Assembly: GCA_963734545.1 (NCBI GenBank)
Contig: CAVTHO010000008.1
Span: 736,001 to 800,000 of the forward strand
Length of the DNA stretch: 64,000 nucleotides
Direction of reading: 5' to 3'
From: an uncultured Spirochaetota bacterium
GTDB taxonomy: Bacteria; Spirochaetota; Spirochaetia; SZUA-6; Fen-1364
Part shown: positions 9,980 to 20,831 of the stretch, piece after piece
How positions within the stretch are numbered: position 1 is the first letter of the stretch
Layout of the letters: each line of letters opens with the position of its first letter
The notes under the pieces: model-generated
Database searches by the model: none
What the model saw: the letters and a program-made list of their open reading frames with translations, nothing else
What the model was told of the DNA's origin: nothing
Position numbers and translations under genes: made by a program

Positions 9980-10748
9980 TTACAGACCGACGATGTTGTA
10001 GCCTGTGTCCACGAAATGAATGTCGCCTGTCACGCCGCTGGCCAGGTCGGAGAGCAGGTAGAGGGCCGATTTTCCGACCTCATCCTGCGACACGGAGCGG
10101 TGCATGGGAGACCGGGCTTCCATGATGCCGAAGATCTCGCTGATGTTGGAGATGGCGCTTGCCGCAAGGGTGCGGATCGGCCCCGCCGAGATCGCGTTGA
10201 CCCGCACTCCTTTTTCCCCCAGGTCGAGTGCAAGGTAGCGGACGGTCGCCTCGAGCGCGGCCTTGGCCACCCCCATGACATTGTAGTTGGGGATTGCGCG
10301 CTGGGAGCCCAGGTACGTGAGGGTGATGACGGACCCGCCGTTCTTCATGAGCGGCAGGGCCGCGCGGGTCACGCCGATCAGCGAATACGCGCTGATGTCC
10401 AGGGCGGTCTTGAATCCTTCACGGGTGGTCTGGTGAAAGGCCTGTTTCAGCTCCTCCCTGCCCGCATATGCAACGGAATGCACGACGAAATCCAGGCGTG
10501 CCCCACTTCTGCTCGATCTCGGTAAAGACCTCCTCGATCTCCGAATCCTTGGAGACGTCGCAGCGCAGGATGAGGTCGGCGTCGATGCTCTCCGCGAGCG
10601 GCCGCACCCGCTTCTCGAAGACCTCGTTCAGGTAGGTGAAGGCAAGGGCGGCCCCTTCCTCGTGCAGCTTGCGGGCGATGCCCCACGCAATGCTCCTGTC
10701 GTTGGCCACCCCGAAGATCACACCCTTCTTGCCGGTCATCAGGCCCAT
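9980..10748 (-). CDS. fabI: Enoyl-ACP reductase (frameshift near 10500)
   Basis: GVANDRSIAWGIA, YNVMGVAKAALE, ISAGPIRTLAAS. Confidence 0.95.
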
Positions 10749-10834
10749 GTCAGTGTCCCTCCTGCGCTGTCGTGCGTCCGTACAAGATACACCGGCACCG
10801 AACGAGAGTGAAGCGGGCATCCGCGCACCTGGCC

Positions 10835-10857
10835 GCGGTCGCCTCTGGCGACATTTC
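10835..10857. repeat. Short (empty) form of the CGGTCGC...GGCGACATTT palindromic element
   Basis: GCGGTCGCCTCTGGCGACATTTC; same ends as the elements at 41988, 44038 and 44083. Confidence 0.7.
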
Positions 10858-10908
10858 GTGTTCTCCCCTCTGGAAATCTTCCGCCTTTCCACGCTACGAT
10901 CCTGCCCC

Positions 10909-11648
10909 ATGGAACGCACTGCGGGAACGGAAATGCTGCGGGGAGTGCGCGCCGGCCTGCCGGTGGCGGTCGGCTACCTGCCGATGGCGATGGCTTTCGG
11001 CGTGCTGGCCACCCAGACCGGTCTGAGCTTCGGACAGGCCGCGGCCATGTCGCTCTTCGTCTACGCGGGGGCCAGCCAGTTCGCCTCTCTGGGGCTTCTG
11101 GCAGGAGGAGCCTCCGCGCTCGCCATCGTCCTGGCAACCCTTGTCCTCAACTTCCGTCATTTTCTCATGAGCGTGGCGCTTTCGCGCAGGATTCCCCTGC
11201 AGCGGCGCCCGGGACGAGCCGCGTGGGCAGCGCCCCTGGGCCTCGGGTTCGGTGTCACCGATGAGACCTTTGTCGTTGCGTCATTGAACGAATCCTTGAC
11301 GCCTGCCGTTCTTCTTCGGGCTGGCCCTCACTGCGTACCTCGCGTGGCTCAGCGGCACCCTGATCGGCGCCGGGTTCTCCTCCCTGATCCCGTCGCTCCT
11401 TGCGCGCGGCATGGGAGTGGCGCTGTACGCGATGTTCATCGCGATCCTCGTTCCCGGCGTGAAGAAGACATGGATCAACGGCCTGGTGGCCATTGCGGGC
11501 GCCGCGATTGCCTGGGGCGCCTCGCTCGCCGTCCCGGGGCTTCCCTCGGGATGGAGGATCGTCATTGCGATCCTCGTGGCCTCCGCGGTCGGCGCAGCGC
11601 TCGGCAGTGAAGGAGACCGCATCCCCTGGCCGGGAGGAAGCTGCATGA
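10909..11648 (+). CDS. azlC: AzlC-family branched-chain amino acid exporter subunit (frameshifted)
   Basis: GYLPMAMAFG, VYAGASQF, NFRHFLMS, GVTDETF. Confidence 0.88.
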
Positions 11649-11947
11649 TCTGGCTCATGATCGCAGGAATGTGCGTGGTGACGTTTGTTCCGCGCGTGAT
11701 TCCCCTGCTGCTCGGCAGGGACCTCGTTCTCCCGCGATGGATAAGGCGCTGGCTTTCGTTCTTTCCCTACGCGGCGCTGGGTGCCCTGATATTCCCCGGC
11801 ATTCTCTCCGTGATCGAAGGACGACCCTGGATAGGCCTTGCCGCCGGCGCGTGCGCCGCGCTCCTGGCGTTGAAGGCACGCAATGCGATATTCCCCGTGC
11901 TCGCCGCCATCGCCGTCACCGTGGTCCTGGATCTGATCACCACTTGA
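11645..11947 (+). CDS. azlD: AzlD-family membrane protein
   Basis: VTFVPRVIP...FPYAALGALIFP; follows azlC. Confidence 0.85.
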   Translation: MIWLMIAGMCVVTFVPRVIPLLLGRDLVLPRWIRRWLSFFPYAALGALIFPGILSVIEGRPWIGLAAGACAALLALKARNAIFPVLAAIAVTVVLDLITT

Positions 11948-11979
11948 ACGGAAGGGGTCGGCGCCCCTACACTGGCCGC

Positions 11980-13315
11980 ATGCCTCTCCTTACCGGCTCC
12001 AACAAGATCTTCGTGCTCGACACGAACGTCATCCTCCACGACCACGACTGCATCAACTCCTTCGAGGAGCACGACGTGGTGATCCCCATCACCGTGCTGG
12101 AGGAGATCGACAAGTTCAAGAAGGGCAACGAGATCATCAACTTCAATGCGCGCGAGTTCTCGCGCAAGCTCGACGGCATGGGCGGCGACAAGCTGCTCAA
12201 CGAGGGCATCCGCCTGGAGAGCGGCGGCATCGTGGTGGTGGAGACCAACGTCAAGCGCGACGAGCTGCTGGGGGAGATCTTCTGGGAGGACAAGCCCGAC
12301 CACCGCATCATCTCGCTGGCGTTCAACCTCGCCAAGGAGTACGGGAAAGAGCGGGTGATCCTGGTGTCCAAGGACATCAACATCCGCATGAAGGCCAAGA
12401 GCATCGGCATCAAGGCGGAGGACTACGAGACGGGCAAGATCAGCAACATCGACGAGCTGTACAAGGGCAAGCACGTGCTGGAGAACGTGGACGGCAGCGC
12501 TCATCGACGAGCTGTTCCAGGAAGGGATGGTCGCCCCGGGAGAAGTTTCCCGTGGACCGACGCCCTATCCCGAACGAGTACTTCATCATCAGGAACCAGA
12601 GCAAGAGCACTCTCGCCACCTACATCGCCGACGGTGATGTCCTTCAAGCACATCCAGAAGAAACGCGCCTACGGCATCGAGCCCCGCAACGCCGAGCAGA
12701 CCTTCTCCCTCGACGCGCTCTTCAACGAGAACATCCCCCTGGTGACCATGGCGGGCAAGGCGGGCACGGGAAAGACGCTGATGGCGCTGGCCGCGGCGCT
12801 GGAGAAGCGCTCCAGCTACAAGCAGATCTACCTGGCCCGGCCCATCGTGCCTCTGTCCAACAGGGACATCGGCTTCCTGCCCGGTGACATCAAGAGCAAG
12901 CTCGATCCCTACATGCAGCCGCTGTTCGACAACCTCACGCTGATCCAGAACCAGTTCGACGAGACCTCCCCCGAGTACAAGCGCATCCACGACATGCTGG
13001 AGAACGGGAAGCTGGTGATCACGCCGCTCGCCTACATCCGCGGCCGGCACCTGTCGAAGATCTACTTCATCATCGACGAGGCGCAGAACCTCACGCCGCA
13101 CGAGGTGAAGACGATCATCACCCGGGCGGGGGAGGGAACCAAGGTCGTCTTCACCGGGGACCCCTACCAGATCGACACGCCCTACCTGGACTCGCGCTCC
13201 AACGGCCTCACGTGCCTGATCGACAGGATGAAGGGCGAGTCGCTGTACGCGCACGTGACCCTGGAGAAGGGAGAGCGGTCGCAAGCTGGCCGAGCTGGCG
13301 TCGAACATACTGTAG
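11980..13315 (+). CDS. phoH: PhoH2-type PIN domain + PhoH ATPase (frameshifts near 12500-12640 and 13280)
   Basis: FVLDTNV PIN motif, GKAGTGKT, IGFLPGD, YIRGR, IIDEAQN, GDPYQID; the true end ...LAELASNIL* lies in a shifted frame. Confidence 0.93.
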
Positions 13316-13349
13316 GCCGTCCGCTCCTGGCGGAGCTGCCGCGGCGGAA

Positions 13350-14497
13350 CTAGAAATGCAGCCCGAACTCCACCTTGAGACTCACGGCGCTCCCGTCCGC
13401 GTTTACGCCGGTTATCCGGTAGGCCATATAGGCAGCGCCCCTGGCCAAATCGAGGAAGTCGAGGAACACGCCGCCGCCTGCCGAGCTCACGACACCCGCG
13501 CCGGCCGCGCCGGTGAATCCTGACTCTCCCACCTGGTTGTAATAGCCGATGTCCCAGAAGACCAGGAAGCCGGGAACGATGTCGGGGCTCACGAATGCCG
13601 GAAGGTTTGCGCGCACCTCCAGGTTGTTCACGATCTTGAAATTCGTATCCAGGCTTCCCTCATCGACGCCGCGCACCGCTCTGCCCAGACCGATCACCTG
13701 GTCCCCCCGTCCACCGAAAGTCTGACGGATATACAGCGGGACGGGCGCGCTCAGGCCCAGGGCATAGTCGACTGAGATCCGCTCGCCGAGGTAGATGCTG
13801 AAGAAATTCTCAGGGGTGTCCGGCTTCATGTCATAGACGGGCAGAAACCAGCGAAACGTGGCGTTGAACCGGGCGAAGTCCGAATCCCCCATGAATGTGT
13901 TGAGAAAAAAACGCGGCCCCCATTCCGCGGACAGCACGGCCGCGGTCCCGGAGCGCGTCTTGTGGTGGACGTCCCACAGGAGGTCATCATACGCGAAGCC
14001 CGCGATGATCGAGTTGAGGAGGAGCCCGGCCCGGTCGGGAAGCGTGGAGTCATAGAGGAGCTGGCCCGGCTTGATCTGGTTGAAATCCACGCGCCCCCGG
14101 TAATAGGCAAAGGCTTCGACAAGATTCGTCTTCGTGCGTTCGTTCCACGCAAGACCCTGGTCGATCCCCAGGCGCCAGGCACCTTCGATCCTGCACGAAC
14201 CCGGGGTCTTTGCCGGCGAGCGCACCCCCGGGCGCGAGATCGCGAGGGCCAACGAGCGCTCCCGATGCATCCCGGTAATACGACAGCCATTCGTAACCTC
14301 CGCCCAGGTACGCCCAGATTGTCGTGTCGACATTCGGAAGAAGCGCGGCACCGCGGTAGCCGATGCCCGCGTCCGCGCCCAGGACCCGGGGCGCCAGGTC
14401 GAACAGCGAACGAGCTCTGCTCCCCGACCGCCCAGCAGGAAATCGAACCGCCCAAAAGGAGCGCGAAGGAAAAGAGGAGACGCGCTATTCTGCTCAC
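13350..14497 (-). CDS. Outer-membrane beta-barrel protein, surface-antigen/Omp85-like C-terminus (frameshifted)
   Basis: Signal peptide MSRIARLLFSFALLLGG; VRG motif, NNLEVRANL, FWDIG, terminal FGLHF. Confidence 0.65.
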
Positions 14498-14546
14498 GAT
14501 GCCTCGAGGTTACATGTTTTGGCGGCCGCGTGCTATACTTGATTGC

Positions 14547-15311
14547 ATGAGGCTCAAAGTCGCCGCCGTACTGTGCCTTGTGCTCGCCATTGCGGCACCC
14601 GGGTTCGCTCTCTCCATCAATGAGCTGGACATAAACGCGAGCCTCATGGTGATCGGGAGCGTGCCGCCGGCCGGCCACGGTGACGTGAGTCCGATCGTGC
14701 AGCTCATCGGCGCTTCCCTCCCCCTTCAGGTCTCGGGACAGTTCTATATAGAGCCGATGCTCGAGTTCTTCGGCACGCTCTACGAATGGGTCGACGCAGA
14801 TAAGGTTGCCGTTCCGACGCAGATCGAGACAGCCTCCGGTTTCTGGACCCTGGGAACCTTGCTCAGCATGCACGCCGGCATGCGCTTCGTGCTCACTCCC
14901 CAGCTCTCGCTGGTCGGATCAATCGGTGCGGACTTCCTTCTCCGCTTCCCTATAGAGCTCTCGAACAAGAGCGCGTCCGGGATGGGGCCTGCGCTCAACT
15001 ACTTTTTCGCCAGTGCCAGGTTCTTCTATCCCGAGACAAGGGTTTCTCTCAGGTGGCAGGTATCCGACGTAATCGGGTTGATCGTGAACCTTCGGGCATT
15101 CTATCCCGTGTTCCACCTGTGGGACGGAATGGGCCAGCCCTTCATCGACCAGTTCATGTTCGCCGGAGGCCTGGGCATCGCGATCAGGCTGGGACCCGCA
15201 CCGGCAGCTCCTGCACCCGCGGCCCCCACACCCGCGGCACCTGCGCAGGAGGCTCCGGCCCCGGCCGCTCCCGCACCGGAGGCCCCGGCGCCTGCGTCAC
15301 CCCCCGGCTAG
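14547..15311 (+). CDS. Exported, probably beta-barrel, hypothetical protein with Pro/Ala-rich tail
   Basis: Signal peptide MRLKVAAVLCLVLAIAAPGFA, aromatic amphipathic strands, PAPAAP repeats. Confidence 0.75.
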   Translation: MRLKVAAVLCLVLAIAAPGFALSINELDINASLMVIGSVPPAGHGDVSPIVQLIGASLPLQVSGQFYIEPMLEFFGTLYEWVDADKVAVPTQIETASGFWTLGTLLSMHAGMRFVLTPQLSLVGSIGADFLLRFPIELSNKSASGMGPALNYFFASARFFYPETRVSLRWQVSDVIGLIVNLRAFYPVFHLWDGMGQPFIDQFMFAGGLGIAIRLGPAPAAPAPAAPTPAAPAQEAPAPAAPAPEAPAPASPPG

Positions 15312-16528
15312 ATAAAGTTCTCCGTTTCCACTTCCGTCCACACGTTTTCTTCGCGCGCGATCAGCAGAGACACGAATGAGGCGCTGAGCACGTCGATGAA
15401 CGCACCGAAGCTCACGAGGAGCGGGGCGATATTTCTCAGAATGAGATAGCCTTCCTGCAATCCCTTGGCGTAGATGCTGCACAGCATGAACAGGGAAAAG
15501 AATGCGCCGGTGCCGGGCGCGGCTCCCAGGATGAAGGATACGATGAACGAAAACAGCATGACCCAGAGGGTCTGCAGGAACGTGATTTCCAGGCTCGAGT
15601 AGGAACGCAGGATCAGAATGAAGGCGACGCTGGACACCATGGCCGTGCCCGCTCGTCCGAGCACGGCAAACAGCGGGTAGACGGCGGAGCCGACCATCCG
15701 GGGCACTCCCAGGCTTTCCTTCCCGTGCTTGGTCAGGAACCCGAGTGACACGTACTGGTCGCCGCTGAACAGGCCCACGATGGCCGGCCCCAGGGAGGCG
15801 TAGAGCCAGCGGTACGGATTCTCCTTGAGGCCCAGCACGTACAATGCGCCGGGAAAGACGCCAAACGCGACGAGACCGACATCAACGGCGAGAATGATGA
15901 TGATCTGCTTGTACATGCCCAGATCCGCGTGCGAGAGATGCGACACGCGGGCAGCCGCGATGGCGATCAGCGCAACAGCGAAAAGCTCCACGATGAGGGA
16001 GTTCAGGTGATAGAAGATGCGTGACAGCGAGTCGAACATCTGCGCAACGGGGCGCGTGACCTGGCGGTCGAAATCCATGTTCACGCCCAGGAGGAACGCG
16101 AGGATCATGAGGGGGAGAAGAAAGTCCCCGCTTCCGAAGAACACATTGAAAAGATTGCGGGGGAAGATGACCTTGAGACCCTCCAGCACGCCGACAGGCA
16201 CGAACGCCTTCTCCGCCTCTATGGTAATGGGGATGCGCTCGGGCGGGAAAACGAGCACCGACAGAGTGCCGATGACGATGAGCAGGGCAGCGGACAGGGC
16301 GACGTACTTGAACGCGGAGAGGTACACGCGCAGCAGTCTCTTCTCCTGGACGAGCTCCGAGGTGCCGATGCCCAGCGAGAAGAATATGAACGGGAACAGC
16401 ACGTAGCGTCCTATTCCGAGAAGCAGGCCGGACAGGGAATCGAAAAATCCCTGGGCTTGAACAGGAATGAGAAATCCGACCACCAGACCGACGATCGAAC
16501 CGATGAAGAGCTTGATCCAGATTTTCAC
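15308..16528 (-). CDS. Dicarboxylate/amino acid:cation symporter (DAACS family)
   Basis: KIWIKLFIG start, IFPRNLF, multiple TM segments. Confidence 0.8.
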   Translation of the reverse strand: MKIWIKLFIGSIVGLVVGFLIPVQAQGFFDSLSGLLLGIGRYVLFPFIFFSLGIGTSELVQEKRLLRVYLSAFKYVALSAALLIVIGTLSVLVFPPERIPITIEAEKAFVPVGVLEGLKVIFPRNLFNVFFGSGDFLLPLMILAFLLGVNMDFDRQVTRPVAQMFDSLSRIFYHLNSLIVELFAVALIAIAAARVSHLSHADLGMYKQIIIILAVDVGLVAFGVFPGALYVLGLKENPYRWLYASLGPAIVGLFSGDQYVSLGFLTKHGKESLGVPRMVGSAVYPLFAVLGRAGTAMVSSVAFILILRSYSSLEITFLQTLWVMLFSFIVSFILGAAPGTGAFFSLFMLCSIYAKGLQEGYLILRNIAPLLVSFGAFIDVLSASFVSLLIAREENVWTEVETENFI

Positions 16529-16592
16529 ACGCACCACATTATCGGATTCCCCCCGCCGCGTCAACGAAAGGGGGGTCTGCGGAAGGCACAGA

Positions 16593-18066
16593 TCAGGGAC
16601 GCGGCGGCGCTCCCGAATCCGCCGGGTGCGGCGGCGCTCCCGAATCCGCCGGGTACGGCGGCGCCCCTGAATCCGCCGGGTACGGCGGCGCCCCGGCGGG
16701 TACCGGTTCGAAGGTCGCGGGATAGTCCTGGAAATAATGCGAGCCCTGCCACCCCTTCTTGACCGCCTTGTTGAATTTGTAGATCGCGACAAAGCTGCTG
16801 AGCTTCCGGATGCCCACCAGGGACTTGAGCATGCGGTACTGGTTGCGAGGGAATGAATAGATATGATGCTTGATAAAGTTGTCGCCGCGGTAGATCGTAT
16901 CCGCATCAACCCCCCGAGTCCTGCGCACGACGTATGACAACCGGTACCGGGCCCAGTCCTCGGGGAACTTGACCGCAAGGAGACGTTCTTCCTTCTCCAT
17001 GCGCTCCATCAGGGCGGTCCCCGGGAGCGGGGTCAGGATGAACATCTGCACGATATCCACGCCCGCGGCGACGAGGAATCGGGCAAGGGTCTTATAGTAC
17101 CGGGGGGACTCATTGTCATTGCCGATGATGAACGAGCCGATGACACCCATCCCGTGACGGTGGAACGCCTTGATGACTTTCTTGTAGTTGGAGACGCCCA
17201 CTCTTGATGTTGACGCCTTTCTTCATGTCGGCAAGGCTCTCGTCGCTGATGCTTTCGAACCCGATCAGCGCAAACATGCAGCCGGCGCGTCCGGCCAGGG
17301 AGAGAAGCTCCTCGTCATCCGCGGTGTTGATCGATGTCTGCATCCACCATCGCTTCTTCAAGCCCCTGTCGATCATCCCCCGGAAAAGCTCCCTGGCCCT
17401 GTCCCGGCTCTCCGCGGAATATCCCACCAGGTTGTCGTCGAGAAAGAAAATGTACCTCCCGTCGATCTCCGCAAGCTCCGACAGTATGTCGGCGGGTCTT
17501 CTCTGGCGATACGTGGTGCCGAGGTACCGCGAGACGGAGCAGAACTCGCAGTTGAACGGGCATCCCCGCGAGGTCTGGACGGACTGAAACACATAGTGAG
17601 GGCTCATGAGGTCCCGGCGGGGCTTCACGGAGAAGCGCGACAGGTCCACCCGCGGACCCGTATAGATGCCGGAGAGGCGTCCCTGTTCGGCATCCTCGAT
17701 CACCTTCCCCCAGATCTCCTCCGCTTCTCCCACCACGACGGCATCAGCGAACTGCAGCGCCTCCTCGGGGATCATCGACGCATGAATGCCGCCGAGCACC
17801 ACCTTGACGTTTCTTTTGCGGTACAGACGCGCAAGCTCGTACGCCCTGTTGATGTTGCCCGTGAAGGCCGTGATGCCCACGAGGTCCGCGTCCTCCGGAT
17901 CGATCGGGCCGAAGTTCTCATCCGCAATCTTCACCTCCCAGCCGGAGGGCGTGACCGCGGCGATATAGGCGAGGCTCAGGGGCTGAAAAGTGGAGAACCT
18001 GCTCAGCAGGCTTCCGCTTCTTCTGCCCACCGGATTTATCAGGAGCAGCTTCTTCATCCGCGCCAT
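16593..18066 (-). CDS. Cobalamin-binding radical SAM protein (frameshift near 17200)
   Basis: B12 domain (VLGGIHAS, VVGEAE), QTSRGCPFNCEFC, IGFES, ILTPLPGT. Confidence 0.92.
16602..16706. repeat. 27-bp tandem repeat (about 3.8 copies) with hairpin core, forming the radical SAM C-terminus
   Basis: CGGCGGCGC(T/C)CC(C/T)GAATCCGCCGGGT(G/A) repeated; encodes GAPP(Y/H)PADS. Confidence 0.9.
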
Positions 18067-18114
18067 TGTACGGACAACGAGAAACGCGTGTCAACTTTCG
18101 CTATACTTCCCATC

Positions 18115-18954
18115 ATGAAAGGCGTCATCGTCACCGCCGGGTACGGGACCCGCTTCCTTCCCGTCACGAAGACGATCCCCAAGGAGATGCTCCCGCTTGT
18201 CAACCGGCCCTCCATTGATTTCATCGTGCAGGAGCTCATTGCATCGGGCATCACCGAGATCCTCTTCATCACCTCGCGCCGAAAGAAAGCGCTGGAAGAC
18301 TACTTCGATCGCGAGGTCGAGCTGGAGAGCGTGTTTCGCGCCGCGGGAGACGAGAAGATGCTGGCGCGCATCGCGCCGCCGAAGGCCTCCTGCTATTTTG
18401 TGCGGCAGACCGAGATGAGAGGAACGGGGCATGCGCTTCTGCTCGCCCGCTCATTCGTCGGGAGCGAGCCATTCGTCGTTGCCTACCCGGATGACCTGCA
18501 CTTCGGAGAAAAGCCGCTCGCGCGGCAGCTCATCGAAACCTGGGAGAAGACCGGATGCACCGTCCTTGCCACGCTGCATGATCCGCCGGACATCAATCGC
18601 TACGGGGTGATCTCCATCGCGGAAGACGGGCTGCACGTGACGGGCATCACGGAAAAACCGAGGCGGGGTCAGGAACCCAGCCGGGAGGCATCCATCGGCA
18701 GATTCCTGTATGCGCCCGACTTCCTCGACCAGCTCGCCGAAGAATGGAAGAAACACGGGAAGGGAGAGTTCTTCCACACGCCCGCCGTGCTCGCCCTCGC
18801 GCAGAAGGGCCGCGTGGTCTACCGGCGCGTGGAAGGAGAGAGGCTGGACACCGGCGAACCGGGCGGGTACCTGGAGGCGATCATCCGCTACGCGCAGAGC
18901 GTGCCGGATCTCGCGCGTGAGCTCGAAAGAATCCTTCCGAAGATCAAGTCGTGA
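18115..18954 (+). CDS. galU: UTP--glucose-1-phosphate uridylyltransferase-like nucleotidyltransferase
   Basis: AGYGTRFLPVTKTIPKEMLP, VRQTEMRGTGHA. Confidence 0.88.
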   Translation: MKGVIVTAGYGTRFLPVTKTIPKEMLPLVNRPSIDFIVQELIASGITEILFITSRRKKALEDYFDREVELESVFRAAGDEKMLARIAPPKASCYFVRQTEMRGTGHALLLARSFVGSEPFVVAYPDDLHFGEKPLARQLIETWEKTGCTVLATLHDPPDINRYGVISIAEDGLHVTGITEKPRRGQEPSREASIGRFLYAPDFLDQLAEEWKKHGKGEFFHTPAVLALAQKGRVVYRRVEGERLDTGEPGGYLEAIIRYAQSVPDLARELERILPKIKS

Positions 18955-19517
18955 GCACCCTGCCGGAGCGCATCATCCTGATAGGATTCATGGGCTCGGG
19001 GAAGTCCTCTGTGGGGCGCATTCTTGCGGACAGGCTGGGCTACGAGCTGGTGGACACCGATGCCCTCCTCGAGGAGAGGGCGGGCGCGCCGATTGCAAGG
19101 ATCTTCCGCGAGCAGGGTGAGCCGGCCTTCAGGGCCCTGGAATCGGAGGTCCTTTCCGCGGTCGCCGGCCGCCGCCGGTCGGTGATTGCCACGGGAGGCG
19201 GCGCGCCCGCCCATCCGCCGAACCGGGACTTCTTCATCCGGGAGGACGCCGTATTCCACCTGAGAGTATCGCTGGAGGCCGCACGGCAGAGGACAGGGGA
19301 AAGCGCGGCTGATTCGCGGAATACCGCGACGGATCGTCCGCTCCTGGCCCAGGACGAGGCCGCTGTGCGCCGCCTGTACCAGGGCCGGCAGCCCGTCTAC
19401 GAGGAGCTCGGCAGATCCGTGGATACGGACGGCAAAACGCCGGCTGCCGTGGCGGATGAGATCATGAGTCTCCTCAGGAGTCCCAGGAGGAGCCATGCTC
19501 CTGGGGAAAACGGCTGA
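18951..19517 (+). CDS. aroK: Shikimate kinase
   Basis: LIGFMGSGKSSVG, DTD, GEPAFRALE, ATGGG, RPLL. Confidence 0.95.
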   Translation: MSTLPERIILIGFMGSGKSSVGRILADRLGYELVDTDALLEERAGAPIARIFREQGEPAFRALESEVLSAVAGRRRSVIATGGGAPAHPPNRDFFIREDAVFHLRVSLEAARQRTGESAADSRNTATDRPLLAQDEAAVRRLYQGRQPVYEELGRSVDTDGKTPAAVADEIMSLLRSPRRSHAPGENG

Positions 19518-20223
19518 TCAATCTCGCAAGATCGACGCGCGATTCGTAGAGCGCCTTCCCGAGGATGACCCCTGCCACAAGGGGATCTTTCAGCTCGGCA
19601 ACCTGCTCCACGTCACGTTCGCTGCCGATGCCGCCGGAGAGTATGGTGGGAAGACCGGCGGCGCGGGCCGCCGCATTCGTGCGCGGGATGTCCGGACCGG
19701 AGAGCGTGCCATCCCTCTCGATGTTCGTGTAGACAAGCCACCTGATACCCACGGCCGCCAGGCCTGCCGCAACCTCGGTATCCTTCCGCCCCGCGTCCTC
19801 GGTCCATCCCGCCACCCGGACGCTTCCGTTTGTGGCATCCACGCCGGCAGCGAACCGGGCCCCGTAGTCCTTCACCCATGCCGCAACGTCGTCGGGGGAC
19901 TTCACCAGGACCGTGCCCACAACGATCCTCTGGACGCCGAGAGCGAGCAGCCTGCCCGCCTGGTCGGCGCGCCGCACCCCGCCGCCCACCTGCAGCCGGC
20001 AGGGAACCGCCGCGCGTATGCGCCCGATGACCTCGAGATTGTCCTTCCCCTTCCCTTCCGCCGCGTCCAGGTCCACGATGTGGATCCAGCGCGCGCCATC
20101 CCGCGCGAAGCTTCGGGCGCATGCGACCGGGTCCGCTGAGTAGCTGGTGGTGGTCGAAAAGCTTCCCCTCAGCAGCCGCACGCAACGACCTCCGCGGAGG
20201 TCGATCGCGGGGAGGAGGAGCAT
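19474..20223 (-). CDS. hisA: ProFAR isomerase
   Basis: PAIDLRGGRCVRL, HIVDLDAA, QVGGGVR, TNIERDGTLSG. Confidence 0.95.
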   Translation of the reverse strand: MLLLPAIDLRGGRCVRLLRGSFSTTTSYSADPVACARSFARDGARWIHIVDLDAAEGKGKDNLEVIGRIRAAVPCRLQVGGGVRRADQAGRLLALGVQRIVVGTVLVKSPDDVAAWVKDYGARFAAGVDATNGSVRVAGWTEDAGRKDTEVAAGLAAVGIRWLVYTNIERDGTLSGPDIPRTNAAARAAGLPTILSGGIGSERDVEQVAELKDPLVAGVILGKALYESRVDLARLISRFPQEHGSSWDS

Positions 20224-20228
20224 GCGGG

Positions 20229-20780
20229 TCAGCCGGCCGCCCCGCAGGCCTGGCGGTCGGTGAGCGGGTCATCGCAGCGCTCGACGCCGGCGATGAACGC
20301 CTGCCGGAGGTGACTCTGGATCTCCTCCGCGTTCCGGGCGGCCAGAAGCCGGTCCCGCAGGGGCTGCTGCCTCAAGCAGCGCACGAGCGTGGAGAGTGCA
20401 TGCAGGTAGTCCAGCGACACCATGAGCGGGGAGGCGATGACGAAGAGAAGCCGCACCGGCTCGCCGTCAGGGGATTCGAAGGGGATGCCGGCCCGTGAGA
20501 GGCCCATGGCGATAAGGACGCGCTCCACGCCCGCCGCGCGGCCGTGTGCGACCGCCAACCCGTGTCCGAAGCCGGTTGACTGCAGACGCTCGCGGGCGAC
20601 GACAGCGTTCTCCAGCGCGTCGAGATTTCCGATTTCCTTGAAGACAGGCGCCCGCCTGATGACCTCCCGAAGCGCCTCGAATTTGTCGGCGCTCTGGAGA
20701 TCGCAGACGACTGTGCCCTGGTCGAAACAATGCAGTATGCTCATCCTGGTATTACGATCGGCCATCCTATCGTCCGGCAC
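20229..20780 (-). CDS. PTS IIA (fructose/nitrogen-type) domain protein
   Basis: RERLQSTGFGHGLAVAHGR, GIPFESPDGEPV. Confidence 0.88.
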   Translation of the reverse strand: MPDDRMADRNTRMSILHCFDQGTVVCDLQSADKFEALREVIRRAPVFKEIGNLDALENAVVARERLQSTGFGHGLAVAHGRAAGVERVLIAMGLSRAGIPFESPDGEPVRLLFVIASPLMVSLDYLHALSTLVRCLRQQPLRDRLLAARNAEEIQSHLRQAFIAGVERCDDPLTDRQACGAAG

Positions 20781-20808
20781 AAGGGCATGTCAATACGCGC
20801 CGCCGTAC

Positions 20809-20831
20809 CTTGCGCGGTACTCCGCGCAGTT
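20809..20831 (-). repeat. 23-nt hairpin module, variant copy
   Basis: Reverse strand reads AACTGCGCGGAGTACCGCGCAAG, a compensatory change relative to AACTCCGCGGAGTACCGCGGAAG. Confidence 0.85.

Noticed and set aside
11411-11947. AzlC-AzlD fusion protein
   Set aside because: An alternative frame gives a natural ...REEAA* end with an ATGA overlap and an RBS before azlD; probably one more indel error
15195-15308. Pro/Ala-coding repeats as a DNA repeat element
   Set aside because: Codons vary between units, consistent with protein-level low complexity
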